Source: Squalus acanthias (taxonomy: Eukaryota). Taken from it: 64,000 nt of DNA. Numbering within the stretch: position 1 is the stretch's first letter; every line of letters begins with the position of its first letter. The stretch spans positions 96,164,001 through 96,228,000 of the forward strand of contig CM059432.1 of NCBI GenBank assembly GCA_030390025.1, in the 5' to 3' direction. The notes under the pieces were generated by a model, which had not been told where the DNA came from, made no database searches, and saw only the letters and a list, made by a program, of their open reading frames with translations. A program made the translations under genes and the position numbers. Positions 1 through 13,456 of the stretch are shown here, in pieces.

Positions 1-831
1 ACATAGCTAACATCTCCCAGTTTGCTGTCCATCGCTGCATCCAGGAGGTTACAGTGCCTCTCTACTCCAGGAGAAGGGACTATATCATCTACTCTCTGAA
101 CAGAGAGAAGCAGGATGAGCATGCATGTGGCTTTGCCAGGATAGCAGGCTTCCCCATGGTGCAGGGCGCCATCGGCTGCACACACGTGGCTTTGCGGGTA
201 CTGCATGTCATTCCTGAGATGTTCCGTAACCCCAAAGGGCACCACTCACTTAATCTGCAGTTGTTGTGCTACCATGCCCATGATGGCGAGTGCCCAGTAT
301 CCTGGCAGTAGTCATAATGCCTTCATCCTGCACCAGTCCAGCGTGCCAGCAATCTTCCAGCTACCATGTCAAACCCGAGGGTGGCTGCTCGGAGACGAGG
401 GTTATCCGCTCTAAATTGGCTGATGACTCCCCTCTGCAACCCACCACTCGTGGCCAGCACTCATATAATGACAGCCATGCTGCCACGAGGAATGTCATCG
501 AGCAGACCATTGGGGTGCTCAAGCAACGGTTCCGCTGACTTGATCGCTCAGGAGGAACCTCCAGTACACGCCGGAGTGGGTGACCCATTTCATGGTGGTC
601 TGCTGCATCCTCCACAACTTGACCATCATGAATGCGCAGCCCTTGGTACCAAAGGTTGTGGGACCACCTCAGGAGGAGAACGAGGAAGAAGAGGAAGAGG
701 AAGAGGAAGAGGAGGAGGAGGAAGAGGAGAAGGAGGAAAAGGAGGAGGAGTGAAAAGGGAGGAGGCAGGCAGCAGATCCCCATTCTGGACGGGCTGTCCG
801 TGAGTGCCTCATCAGACTCCAGTTCCAGTGA
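1..831 (+). pseudogene. Harbinger DDE transposase, C-terminal two-thirds, frameshifted
   Basis: GFARIAGFPMVQGAIGCTHV, KGHHSLNLQ, WLLGDEGYPL, HAATRNVIEQTIGVLKQRFR spread over several frames; acidic GAG/GAA tract at the C terminus. Confidence 0.9.
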
Positions 832-1019
832 ATGAATCCCAGATCCCCGCTGCTCACCAGTTCGCCATCTTACCGTTCCTCTGTCAAGGAACATCACAGC
901 GTCTTCTTGGGCACAAAGCTGAAATGAGAGTTACCTCAAAACAAACATTCCAAACATAATTTGTAAATTTCTCTAGTGCAAATCAGAATAACAATGTCAA
1001 CTAATCACACTTGTGCATT

Positions 1020-2892
1020 GCCTTAGTGTCCGTCTTTAGTGTGGCTTTTCCTACTCTAGTGCTCCTACAAAGAACTCCCCCAGTGGCTGCAGCATGGCTG
1101 GTGGAAGGCTGCTGACTTTCAGTGGGGGAAACTGCAGATGGCCTCGAGCAGCTCTGGCCCTAGAAGGCCCAGCTGTAGACTGCACCACCTGGGCGGCAGC
1201 AGTTTGGGCTGGCTGATAACATTCAGCATCAAGGGCACTGGCAGAGGGGCAATGGTGGAAATATGAATGCTGTCATCCTGATAGAGGACAGTAGGTTCTT
1301 GATCCACAGAGCCACTGCCACTCTCCTGGAGTGGCGCCTCAGCATTCCTAGCCATCTGTTGGAGGACAGATTGCCGGACTGCTGCGAGACCCTGCAAGCT
1401 CCTTTCCACACTCGTAAACCCAGCCACGATGGCAGCAGTCTAAGCTTGCGTGGCAACAAGCTGAGACTGCAGGAGAGCAGTCTGAGCTTCCACTGCAGCA
1501 CTGAGATGTCGGATCACTTCCGCCTGTGCTGCAATGGAAGCTCTGAGATCGCCCATCACACCCAGCATTGTGTTTGAGTCCACAAATTCTCTAATGGAGT
1601 TGCCCATCATTTCCATCCTGGAAATCATGGGCTCCAAGCTCTGCAGTGTTGGAGCCGGACTCCTCCATGTTCCTTGACACTGACAAGAGGCTCTCTGGCA
1701 GGCTAGCATTTTTGTGTGCATGCCCATCACCCTTCTTCTGAAGGCTGCCCCATCGAAGTCATCATCTGAGGCCTGTGCAGCAGAATTCGTGCGTGAACTT
1801 GCCGTCCGGGGAGCTGGCACCCGAGCTACCCTTTCTCCCTGGCCTGGCTGCAGCCCACGCATGCCCACCTCTATATAACCCTCTAAAGTACGTGCAGTGC
1901 CATTTTCTGAGCTGGTGTCTGTGAGTGTCAGATGCAATGCCGGCATGTCTTCTTCTTCTCCTCCATCACTCCTCCTCCAGAACTTAAGGAACAGGCTAGG
2001 CTGCTGGCAGTTCTTGGGTATCTGAAAGGAGAAATGCACAAGGGTGGGTTGTGGTGAGTGGAGGGGGAAATGCAAGATATCCATTATTACACCATCAGCA
2101 GCTTGTTAGTGAGAAGAGATTGTGGGATAAGGGAGAAGTAGGATGCGAGAAGCAGGGTTAGGTATGAACATACCGTTATCATCAGCAATGCTTTCCATTT
2201 ATCGCTCGCCATGGACTCTGTGACTGCCTTTCCAATTATTTCGATCACTTCTTCCTCCAAGTCCATTAAGCTCTCAATTCTGGCTTGCCTTCCACCCATC
2301 TGCTGGTACTCCCAGCGGTTGTGTGCCACCTTGGCCGGCAAGAGAAATGGAAGTGTGTCAGTGAGTGTGGTGCAATATGTTTGAGTGATGTGCCTGCCAT
2401 AGTTGAATAGCTGGCAGTGTGTGCAAGGTGTGAGATGTGGGTGTGAGTCTTGCAGCAATGGTAAGTGTGTAAGGGTGAAGTGAAACATTGTGATGTATGA
2501 GTGGTGATAGCTAGAGATTATTGGTAGGTGAGTGATGGGGTGTGGTGCATTGAGCGGTGTGTGAGGCTAGTGGTGCAGATGGTGGGATATGGCAATTGAA
2601 GATGCATTCACTCACCGTTACCACTCGTGTGAGGTCATTAAACTTTTTGCCACACTGGATCCAGGTCCTGGGGACAACACTCGTTGCAGTGATGGCTTGA
2701 GCAATCTCCTCCCAGAGCCTTCTGGTGTTCTGCCTTGAAGGTCTCCTGCCCCACCGTGGGTAGAGGACCTCACAGCGTCTTTGGACCCCCAGGACCAAGG
2801 CCTCCAGTGCTGCATCATAAAATCTTCTTGCCCTTGCCCTTGCCCTTGCCCTTGCCCTTGCCCTTGCCCTTGCCCTCGGATGCTTGGACCAT
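1020..2892 (-). pseudogene. Harbinger Myb/SANT-like DNA-binding protein gene, multi-exon, disrupted
   Basis: LWEEIAQ...RTWIQCGKKFNDL (2511-2798); second exon KVAHNRWEYQQMGG; C-terminal VMGMH/coiled-coil segment homologous to 27085-28046. Confidence 0.8.
2828..2876. repeat. (TTGCCC)n hexamer microsatellite
   Basis: About 8 direct copies visible. Confidence 0.95.
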
Positions 2893-3382
2893 GGCGATGT
2901 TCAGACTGACAATGAGGTGCTTCTGCAACAAAGCACCTCCCCTTTAAGTAGTGCAGAGAGCAGAGGCCAAACTTTATTGGCCAGTAGACTGCACCCGATA
3001 TTGGCTCCCCTGTTGAGCGCTAAGCCAATCAGCAGTGCGTTTACCGCTGAGATCAGTGCTGCAATCATGTAAATAAGTAGGCAGCACAAATTTTGTGTAC
3101 TGCCTGCACCACTTTGAACAGGCACAGGCACATACAGCTGTGTGATGCTCCCGACTGTTTTTGGGCCTTGTCCAATTTCTAGGCCATAGAGATTAAAATG
3201 AAACAAAAAAGGGAGGCTTATGACAAATGTAAGGTTCATAATACTGTAGAGAATCAAGCTGAATGCAACTAGAAATGGGGGTGGTGCCAGAGGACTGGAG
3301 AATTGCAAATGTTACACACTTGTGCAAAAAAGTGTGTAAAGATAAACCCAGCAACTACAGGCCAGTCAGTTTAACCTCGGTA

Positions 3383-3538
3383 CGATAGCAAAATACTGCG
3401 GATGCTGGAAAATTGAAACAACAACAGAAAACGCTGGAAAAACTCAGCAGGTCAGGCAACATCCGTGGAGAGAGAAACAGAGTTAATGTTTCAGGTCGAA
3501 ACCCTTCGTCAGAACTGAGAAAAAAGCAGGAAATGAAA
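3383..3538 (-). mobile_element. Short Penelope (family 1) 3' fragment carrying a hammerhead motif
   Basis: 16-bp TSD CAGTTTAACCTCGGTA (3367-3382 and 3539-3554); homologous to 10074-10170. Confidence 0.8.
3481..3516 (-). ncRNA. Minimal hammerhead ribozyme
   Basis: Minus strand AGTT-CTGACGA-AGGGTttcgACCT-GAAA-CATT-AACT. Confidence 0.7.
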
Positions 3539-6224
3539 CAGTTTAACCTCGGTAGTAGGGAAACTTTTAGAAACAAGAATCACGGACAAAATTAACAGTC
3601 ACTTGGACAAGTGTGGATTAATTAAGGAAAGCCAGCACGGATTTGTTAAAGGCAAATCATGTTTAACCAAATTGATTGAGATTTTTGATGAGGTAACAGA
3701 GAGGGTTGATGAGGGCAATGCGGTTGATGTGGTGTACATGGATTTATGGGCACTGCAATTTAGGAAGGATGTGAAGGCTTTAGAGAGGGTGTAGAAAAGA
3801 TTTATGAGCATGATTCCAGGGATGAGAGACTTCAGTTATGTGGATAGACTGGAGAATCTGGGGTTGTTCTCCTTAGAGCAGAGCAGAGAAGAGTGAGAGG
3901 AGATTTGATAGAGGTGTTCAAAATCATGAGGGGTTTGGACAGAGTACATAGAGAGAAACTGTTCCCATTGGCAGAAGGGTCGAGAACCAGAAGACACAGA
4001 TTTAAGGTGATTGGCAAAAGATCAAAGGCGACATAAGAAAAAACTTTTTTACGCAGTGAGTGATTAGGATCTGGAATGCACTGGCTGAAAGGGGGGTGGA
4101 GGCAGATTCAATCACGGCTTTCAAAAGGGAGTTGGATAAGTATCTGAAGGAAAAAAATTGCAGGGCTACGGGGAATGGGCGGGGGAGTGGGACTAGCTGA
4201 AGTGCTCTTGCAGAGAGCTGGTATGGGCTTGACGGGCCGAATGGCCTTCTTCCATGCTGTAACCATTCTATGATTCTATGAATGCAGAAAATATAGAGGA
4301 GATCTAAAAAAGGGAATTAGAGGAGCAGAGAGAGAGAATATGAGAATAGATTAGTGGGAAACATAAAAGAAAGAAATGGAAGCCAAAAGTCTTTTATAAA
4401 CATGTAAATTTTAAAAGGGTAATCAAAGGAAGGGTGGGGCCGATTAGGGACCTAAAAGGAGATTTTCTTGTGGTGTCAGAGGGCTAGGCTGAGGGAATAA
4501 TTGAGTACTTTGCATCTGTCTTCACTAGCGAAGAGGATGCTGCCAATGCAGCAGTAAAGGAGGAGGCAGTAGCGATATTGAATAGATTAAAAATAGATAA
4601 AGAGGAGGTAATTAAAGGTTGGCAGCTCTCAAAGTAGAAAAGTGATCCGGTCTGGATGCGTGTATCGTAGGTTACCGAGGAAAGTAAGGGTGGAAATTGC
4701 GGAGGCTCTGGCCACAATCTTCCAATCCTCCTTAGTTATGGGAGAGGTGCAAGAGAACTGAAGGATTGCAAATGTTACACCCCTGTTCAAAAAAGGGGAG
4801 AGGGATAAACCTGGCAATTACAGGCCAGTCAGCCTAACGTTGGTGGTGGGGAAACTTTTGGATACAATAATCCAGGACTAGATTAATTGGCACTTGGAAA
4901 AGTATGGGCTAATAAATGAAAGTCAGCAAATCGTGTTTGACTAACTTGATTGAGTATTTTGATGAAGTAACGGAGAGGGTTGATGAGGTTAGTGCGTTTG
5001 ATGTTGTGTAAATGGACTTTCAAAAGACGTTTGATAAAGTACTACATAACATCATTGTTATCAAAAATAAAGCCCTTGGGGATTAAAGGGGCAGTGGCAG
5101 CATGGATACAAAATTGGCTAAGAGACAGAAAACAGAGATTAGTGGTGAACAGTTGTTTTTCAGATTGGAGGGAAGTATACAGTGGTATTCCCCAGGGGCC
5201 ATTATTAGGACCACTGCTCTTTTTGGTATATATTAATGACCTGGACTTGGGTATACAGGGCATAATTTCAAAGTTTTTAGAATGACAAGAAACTCAGAAA
5301 TGTAGTAAACAATGAGGAGGATAATAACAGACTTCAGGAGCACATAGACAGATTGGTAAAATGGGCAGACACATGGCAGATTAAATTTAATGCATAGAAG
5401 TGTGACGTGATACATTTTGGTAGGAAGAATGAGGAGCGGAAATATAAGCTAAATGGTACAATTTTAAAGGGGGATGGGCAGGAACAGAGTGACCTAGGGT
5501 GTATGTACACAATTCTTTGAAGCTGGCAGGACAAGTTGAGAAAGCTGTTAAAAAAGTATATGGGATCCTCAGCTTTATTAATAGCGGCATAGAGTACAAA
5601 AGCAAGGAAGATATGCCGATTCTTTATAAAACACTGGTTAGGCCTCAGCTGGAGTATTGTGCCCAATTCTGGGCACCACACTTTAGGAACGATGTCAAGG
5701 CCTTAGAGAGGGTGCAGAAGAGATTTACTAGAATGGTACCAGGGATGAGGGACTTCAGTTATGTGGAGAGATTAGAGAAGCTGGGGTTGTTCTCCTTGGA
5801 GCAAAGAAGGTTAAGAGGAGATTTGATAAAGATGTTCAAAATCATGAGGGGTTTTGATAGAGTAAATAAGGAGAAATTGTTTCCAGTGGCAGAATAGTTG
5901 GTAACCAGAGGACACAGATTTAAGTTGATTGGCGAAAGAACCAAAGGTAACATGAGAAAAAAAATCATAAAGTGATTCGAGCAGTTTGTGTCTCAAGTTC
6001 AGTGAGCTGAGGAATATAAAGATAGGGATTTACACTTTACACTGCAGTCTTTATATAAATAATTAGCACTGTCTTCTTACTTAGAGTGGTTGATTTATCA
6101 ATCAGAACTAACAGCTTTGATGAGGATGTAACAAGGTTGTGAGTGATTTTCCTCCTTGTTTTAGCTGCAGTGTGGTTCACAATAGAGGTTGCATTGTCAT
6201 GTGTGCAAGATGATTCCGAGATTA

Positions 6225-6580
6225 ACAACAACAACAACAACTTGTATTTATAGAGCGCCTTTAACACAGTAAAATGTCCCAAGGTGCTTCACAGGAGCAT
6301 CATCAAACAAAAGCTTGGTGAAAGATGTAGGTTTTAAGGAGCGCCTTAGAGGTAGAGGGGTTGAGAGGTTTAGGGATGGAATCCCAGAGCTTAGGGCATA
6401 AGCAACTGTAGGCATGGGCACCAATGGTCTGCGAAGAAATTCAGGGATGTACAAGAAGCCAGAATTGGAGGATCGCAGTAATCTCGGAGGGTTGTAAGGC
6501 TGGAGGAGGTTACAGAGATAGGGAGGGGTAAGGCCAAGGAGAGATTTGAAAACAAGGATGAGAATTTTTAAATCGAGGCC
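6225..6580 (-). mobile_element. L2-type LINE 3' end
   Basis: LKILILVFKSLLGLTPPYLCNLLQPYNPPRLLRSS; tail GGCGCTCTATAAATACAAG(TTG)n. Confidence 0.8.
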
Positions 6581-7029
6581 AATGGTCGGGAAATTTCTGC
6601 TCATTGCGAAGTTGTAAACTATCCTGAAGACCCCATCTCAGATTACAGTGATGGGTTCATTTGCAAGACCAGGGTGGGTGCATTGTACCTATAAGGATGC
6701 TTCAGTGGCATCCAACCCAAATTGCTGGCTGGCGGTGCCTCATGGTGCTGCTGCAATGGTGGAGAGGAGGACTAGCGAGGCCCTGAAGCAAATCCTCATG
6801 TTCACATCTTTTGCTCTGAAAGGAGCAAGTAAACCTCGTGGGGAAGGGAATCGATACACTCCAGGATCAATCACGTTTCCCCAGAAAGGGTTTGGGGCCT
6901 TTTAATGTCCTCAGCAAGAATCACGCCAGTTCTCAGCTGGCATGAGTTTCTCTGAGTCCTACAGTCGGCATAAACGGCAGAACTCATGGCTCCTTCTGTG
7001 CTGTATACTTACTTCCACTAGCAAAAGAG

Positions 7030-7665
7030 TCGGTAACCAAAGGTGGAAACAATTTCTCCCTATCGACTCTGTCAAAACCCCTCATAATTTTGAACACCTC
7101 TATTGAATCTCTCCTTAACCTTAATACAATATCAAAATACTGTGGATGTTGGACATCTGAAATAACAACAGAAAATGCTGGAAACACTCAGCAGGCCAGG
7201 CAACGTTAACTCTGTTTCTCTCTCCTTAACCTTCTTTGCTCTAAGAATAACAATCCTAGCTTTTACAGTTTCTCCACATAACTAAATTCCCTCATCCCTG
7301 GTACTATTCTGGTAAATCTCCTCTGCACCCTCTCCAAGGCCTTGACATCCTTTTTAAAGTGTGGTGCCCAGAATTGGACACAATACTCTAACTGAGGTCT
7401 AACCAGTGATTTATAATGGTTTACCATAACTTACTTGCTTTTGTACTCTATGCCTCTATTAATAAAGCCAAGGATCTCGTATGCTTTTTTAACAGCTTTA
7501 CCAACTTGTCCTGCCACCTTCAAAGATTTGTGTATTTGAACGCTCAGATCTGTCTATTCCTGCACCCCCTTTAAATTTGTACAATTTAGTTTATACTGTC
7601 TCTTCTCATTTTTCCTCCCAAAATGCATCACTTCAGCATTTCTCTGCGTTAAGTTTCATTTGCGA
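7030..7665 (-). mobile_element. CR1 fragment with a short Penelope-tail insert (7123-7218)
   Basis: RDSIEVFKIMRGFDRVDREKLFP; insert flanked by TCTCTCCTTAACCTT duplication. Confidence 0.8.
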
Positions 7666-9584
7666 TTTCAACATGAACACTTGTACTTGTTATCATAGGT
7701 GAAAATGTTCTGCTAATTTTATAGAGTGGTTTCACTTCTGCTAGGAAGTGTGGATAACAGCTGTGTCCATTTCAATTTACACAGCAAAATTGATCAACAG
7801 CTAAGACAGAATGGAACTGGTGTTAAATAAAATGTAACTATGTAGTAGTCAATCTAAATTGGCTATCAACCCTTAATTACAGAACATTGTGCTATGCAGT
7901 ACTAATCTATTTTGACTGAATCAGCTTTTTGCACGTTCTACATATTCCCATAGCGAGCAGAATCTGCAGTGGAATGTGTGAAAGAGGCTGTTATTTATGA
8001 AAGGAAGAATGCTGCTCCTGCAATGTGTGATCGGTGTAAATCATCCCTTGAACACAGTTGGATTCCTATATTAGATTGGTAGATAGAATAATAGAAAAAA
8101 AGCAAATCAATAAAATAGAAGTGACTAAATAAGTTTTATGGACTAAGCCGTATCCTGGAAATAATAAAATGCAACAAAATAAGGTCTCTTGCATTTAAAA
8201 TTTTTAATAAAAATGTCCTTAATTGGCTTCACAGAGATATTCATTTTTCCCGTTCCACAGAGACGTGATAGCAGAAGCTGGCATTCTAACTCCTAGTCCT
8301 CATATTGCAGTACAGAGCCATATACTTCCAGTCCTGCCCAATGCTCAGCAGTAGCATTTCAAATGCAGTGTCTCTGACACTGAAAGATGTGAAGAAACCT
8401 TTCGAGAGATTTCCAGGTAAGGTAGTGGAGGATACCTGAAGACCTAGGCTGGGAGTTTCTTCGGAGCTGTTCCCACTCTGCCACCCTCCCAGCGAAGTTA
8501 CTGCAGTGAAGTGGGAGCAGCTCCAAGGAAATTCCCGACCTTGGAATCCTTTAAAATGGGAACGTCCAACATGTGGCCTATAGGCCAAATCTGGCCTAAA
8601 AATCCCGCGCAGAAGTTGAAAGTTAACCCACCCCCCACCCCCAAGTTTTTAAGCAACTTTGGTCTCAAGAACTGGAAAAGACTCCTTGTTGATTGGTGGA
8701 TTTAGACCAATTAGGGAGCAGGCCTTTGGCATCAATCAGGAATTAGTCTTTACCAGCCTCCAGGCCTGGATAGTCTAATAAGCTGGGAGTGAAGCTACCA
8801 AGTATTTTGTTTGAAATCTGGTTGAAGCTAAGGAAATGAAACCAATGGAAATGAAAATCGGGAGAGATCTATATAGGTGGCTGATCTGATATCACTCGTT
8901 TTATACTATCGCCCAAAGTCAAAATGACCCCCATTGAGTCTAGAGGTGCCAAAGATATCAATAAGGATTTTGGCAGCAGTGAGGCTGAAGTAGAGGTGGA
9001 GGCAGCTGATGTTGCAATGATGGAAGTGAGGAACTGAGGGATGGATAGAATAATGGCATGGATGGAATAATGAGTTTGAATCTCAATTCTGAATCGAACA
9101 GGATGGCAAGTTTTTGTGTAGCATGATTCAGCCTGAGCGAATGGTCAGAATGGTGGATGGAATCAGTGGCAAGGGACTGAAGTTATGTTGGGGCTGAAAA
9201 TGATACCTTCAGTCTTCCCAATGTTGAGAAGGAGTAAATGCTCATTCATTCATGACTGAATGTCAGTCGGGCAGTCTGACAAAACAGACTGTGGAGTTGA
9301 GAAAAGCTATGGAAATATAAGGGTCTGGTGGGAAGCCAGTGAGAGTGGGCAGCAATCTGGCACGAGTGTGTGAGTCGGAGGCGCAGTCGATTTTAACTGC
9401 TGAGCCTCATTTGAATCCCGCTGGTCAGTTGCTTGGCAGTTTTCTAGTGGGAATGAGACAGACGGGTGGTTAAAATGGCAGTCAGGTTCTGCCCACTGCA
9501 TTCCTGCCACCGTTTTAACTGCTGGATTTCTGGCCCATCAGCGTCGCCCGCCAAATGCAGGGGTCTAATAAATATTTATATATC

Positions 9585-10170
9585 GGATGATCGCTTTGCT
9601 GAACACCTCCGTTCAGTCTGCAAGCATAACCATGAGCTTCCGGTCGCTTGCCATTTTAATTCTCCATCTCATTCCCACTCTGACCTCTCTGCCTTCGGCC
9701 TCCTACACTGTTCCAATGAAGCTCAAAGTAAGCTCGAGGAACAGCATCTCATCTTTCGATTAGGCACTTTACAGCCTTCTGGACTCAACATTGAGTTCAA
9801 CAATTTCAGACTATAACCACCGCTCCCATTTTTTCGGACAGGAGGTGCTACGAATGATTCTGCTGTTTGCATTTACACCTCCTCTGGACCCATCCTTTGT
9901 TCCTTTACTTGTCCCATTACCACCCCTTTTGCCTTGCACCATCATCCCTTTTGTCATTTAATCTCTGCTGCCTTCCACCCTTTCACAGACCTTTTCTTTT
10001 GTTCTTTCCTCCCCTCCCCCCTTTCCCCTGCCTCTGTACTTGCTTAAAACCTGTTACATCTCTAACCTTTTCCAGTTCTGATGAAAGGTAATCGACCTGA
10101 AACGTTAACTCTGTTTCTCTCTCCACAGATGCTGCCCGACCTGCTGAGTATTTCCAGCATCTTTTCTTAT
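9585..10170 (+). mobile_element. Penelope-like element family 1, 5'-truncated (GIY-YIG C terminus, 3' UTR, hammerhead)
   Basis: DRFAEHLRSV...PVACHFNSPSHS...KLEEQHLIFRLGTLQPSGLNIEF. Confidence 0.85.
10074..10110 (+). ncRNA. Minimal hammerhead ribozyme, intact core
   Basis: AGTT-CTGATGA-AAGGTaatcgACCT-GAAA-CGTT-AACT; helix I AGTT/AACT, helix II AGGT/ACCT, palindromic AACGTT. Confidence 0.8.
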
Positions 10171-11310
10171 TTAAACTTCGGGGTCTGATGATGTCACTCG
10201 GACCCTGATGAGATCTTAACCACTGATCGCATCAGTGCCGCTCAGTAGCTGACCCGCTAGTGAAAGCTGGCAGCAGGCAGCATCGTGGCTTTTGCCAACC
10301 AAAATCCTTCTCTCGTTCACTGGCCAGGTAACGATTTCTGCCGGGTTTGTGCGGCAGTCTGATTTCAATCAAAATGAATGGATGGTTTGCTGCCCACCTT
10401 AGCCCCTGCATGGTGCACTTACACCCTGAGTTAAAATTGTGGCTGTAGGAGTGGAAACAATAAAAGGCAGTCTCGCCAAGTTGGACAACAGAGGTAATGG
10501 ATGAAGATGGTGTGTCTGACGGTGTTGAATGCTGCAAAGAAGTCATAGAGGACAAGATTGCAGACAAAGATGATTTGATTTGTGACTGGCCGAGGTGGTC
10601 TCAGTGCTGTGAATAGAATGTAAGCCAAACTGGAGGGGTTCAAATAGAAAGGTTTGGTAGCGATGGTATGGAGCTAGGAGGTGTCATCAGCTTTAAGGAC
10701 CTTGGAGAGAAAAGGAGGTTAGAGATGGAACAGTAGTCAGAGAAGATAAACAGATCAAGGGTGTTGCTGATGAATGTGGCTTTGAAAGAAAGAGGAATGG
10801 TATTTAAGCAAAGGGAGGCACTAGCAATGCCGACAAGTATGAGCGCCAGAAAAGTTAATTGAGTAGTTAGGCATTGGGTGAGCATTGACGGAGCAGGAAG
10901 TGGATCTCATGAGAAGGATAAGTTTGGAGAGGGCAGGGGGAAATGTTGCAAAGTGCAGATGGTTGCCAGTATCCATGGAGCCATATCCCAGCATGAGTGA
11001 CCATCTTCAGAATGTGAAGTGGAAAGTTAAGTTTATAATGCCAAACAGGATGTGAGATACTAAAGAATTAAATCATATCAACTGAATCCTTTCAGGTCAG
11101 TGGATGATGGAATTATTTTAATGGCCCTGCTTTGCTCAAGGGTATAAAATTGAAATATTCACTTGAGATGCAGTGACCTAGATATTGCATTCACGGTTTG
11201 GTGCCTTTTAACTACACTACTTTCTGATAATTATGTTACGCTCTGAATTCATTTGTTTAAATTACCCTTTCATAATGTTATGTGGATGTATTTTTTCCAG
11301 TAGAATATAG

Positions 11311-11963
11311 ACGGGGCGCTAACGCCTTACCGCCTGGTCGCAGTGATGTTACCGCCACCCATGAAATTCACCTGGCAGTTTGCGGCGGCGGTAACCCCTA
11401 GCACCACGATCTCCTGCGCCCGGAGATTGTGACATCATCTGGCTGTGCAGCACCCCGGTAGCGCCCCGGACCCGAACTTTGGTTCCACCCCCTGCAGCAT
11501 CGCCGGGCCAAAACACCGGCAGCTGCAGGAGGCGTTGTTCGGGAGGCTGGGTGCTTCGGGAGCAGAAGTTAAAGGCGAGGTGGCCGAGCAAAGTAAAAAA
11601 AATTCTGAAATGCTCTTTCACTTTTTTTTTCCTTTGTCTTCGCCAGCGATCGATCAGCCCGGCACTGAGCATCGGGCTGATTGGGCCGGATCGCGGCTGC
11701 CGTCAGGAAGCAGGTAAGTTTTTTCCTTGCAGAGCCTGGAGCGATGGCCCTTCCCTTTAAGGGAGGGAAGGAGCCTTCCAACGCGGCAGCGCTGCACACA
11801 TACCGCCCCGCCTGCTGCCTGTGTTCTCCAGGAAGGAAGTGGAGCGCTTGATTTAGCTCCACTTCCTTCCTGGAGCGCTAAAAGGTGGGAATCATTAGCG
11901 CCTAACTTTACCAGCTTTCAAAAGTTACCGCCCCCAAACAGGGCGATACCGAATTTCTAGCCC
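11311..11963. mobile_element. GC-rich non-autonomous Harbinger-type element (right end clear)
   Basis: CpG-rich block ending GAATTTCTAGCCC|TTA, matching the Harbinger TIR; left end not resolved. Confidence 0.6.
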
Positions 11964-13256
11964 TTATTGTAATAGAATTTTCAAAAGCCATTAACTTTTA
12001 ATCAAATATTGGTACTAAATTTCTTGGGGGTCTGAATGAAATAGTCATATTCATAGAATCATACCTATCAGTCAATGTCCCAGACTTTTAAGACTCCTGG
12101 GTCTGTCCAGTCCCACCAGCAGGACAGACCCTCCAGAGGTGGGGCACAGTGGTATACAGTTTGGGGGGGGGGGGGCGGTGGGAAGGGTGAAGTGGCCCTG
12201 GGAGTTTCCAACATTGACTCTGTTCCCTATTAAGTCTCAAGGCTTTAGGTCAAACATGAGCAAGGAAATTTCCTGCGGATTATCACCTACCGCCCTCATT
12301 CAACTGATGAATCAGTAATTCTCCATATTAAACATCATTTGGAGGAAGCACTGAGGGTAGCAAGGACTCTGGGTGGGGGAATTCAATATCTATCACCAAG
12401 AGTGGATCAGTAGTAGCATCACTGACCAAGCTGGCCGAGTTCTGAAGGGCACAGCTGCCAGACTGTGCTTACGGCTGGTGGTGAAACAACATGTGGGAAT
12501 AACTTACTTGACCTAGTCCTCACCAATTTACCTGTCGCAGATGCATCTGTCCAGGACAGTATTGCTACCACCACACAATCCTTGTGGAAACCAAGTTCAG
12601 CCTTCACACTGAAGACCAAGCAGCCCCAGTAAAACTAAAGTCAATGAGGATCAGGAAGAAAACTCTCCTGGTTGGTGTCATACCTAGCACAAAGGAAGAT
12701 GGCTGTGGCTGTTGGAGGCCAATCATCTCAGCTCTAATAGCAAGTAACATTTGCGTCATGCAATTACCAGGCAATGACCATCTTCAAGAAGAGAAAACCT
12801 AACCCTCTCCCCTTGATATTCAATGATATTACCATTGTCATGTCCCCCACCATCAACATCCCGGGGGTCACCATTGACCAGAAACTTAACTGGACCAGCC
12901 ACATAAGTGCCTGCATTATTAGAGCAGGCCAGAGACTGGCCATTCTGCAGTGAGTGATTCACCTTTTGACTGCCCAAAGCCTCTCCATCACCTACAAGGC
13001 ACAAGTCAGGAATGTGATGGAATATTCATCCCTTGCCTGGGTGCGTGCAGCTGCAACAATACTCAAGAAGCTCGACTTCATCCACTAGCATAAATATCCA
13101 CCTCTTCTACCACGAGTATACCATGGCTGCAGTGTACAGCATCTACAGGATACACTGCAGCAATTCTCTAAGACTTCACTAAGGCTTCTTCGGCAGCACC
13201 TCACAAACCCACAACCTCTACCACCTGGAAGGACAAGGGCAGCCGATGGATGGAAA

Positions 13257-13418
13257 CACTATCCCTTTAATTTTTTTTTGGATGCGCGACCCCTTTAAGG
13301 AGCTGCGCGGCTCATTCAAATTCCATGCATGTGCGGTTTTTCCTATTTAAAAGCCGGTGAGCTGGCTGTGCAGGAGCTGCAGAGCGCTGCGTGGCTGCGC
13401 AGCTTAAAGGGAACGTTG
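13257..13418. mobile_element. ~160-bp MITE, hAT-like ends
   Basis: Imperfect TIRs (CACTATCCCTTTAA / TTAAAGGGAACGTTG); diverged inverted copy at ~47870-48031. Confidence 0.55.
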
Positions 13419-13456
13419 AACACCATCAACCCAAGTTCCCCTCCAAGTCACACATT

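Larger units (their letters stand above)
1..3185. mobile_element. Harbinger DNA transposon (left end outside window), degenerate; convergent transposase and Myb/SANT genes
   Basis: Transposase fragments on + and Myb/SANT fragments on -; ends in TCCAATTTCTAGGCC, the reverse complement of the GGGC/GGCC-TAGAAATTGGA terminal inverted repeat (TIR) seen at 25188. Confidence 0.85.
3186..5970 (+). mobile_element. Nested degenerate CR1 LINE fragments (ORF2 RT region); inner copy ~3267-4278 flanked by TGAATGCA
   Basis: QHGFVKGKSCLT, GIPQGPLLGPLLF, LYKTLVRPQLEYCAQFWAP; CR1-type ATTCTATG tail at ~4265-4280. Confidence 0.9.

Noticed and set aside
361..897. Leu/Phe-rich, Arg-rich and Ser-rich ORFs (also 28770-29159)
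   Set aside because: Alternative-frame readings of the GAG/GAA acidic tract of the Harbinger transposase.
8261..8420. Exon-like segment with acceptor and CAG|GTAAG donor
   Set aside because: All three frames are closed from the strong acceptor, no protein is recognisable, and the segment may be a decayed Harbinger transposase N terminus.
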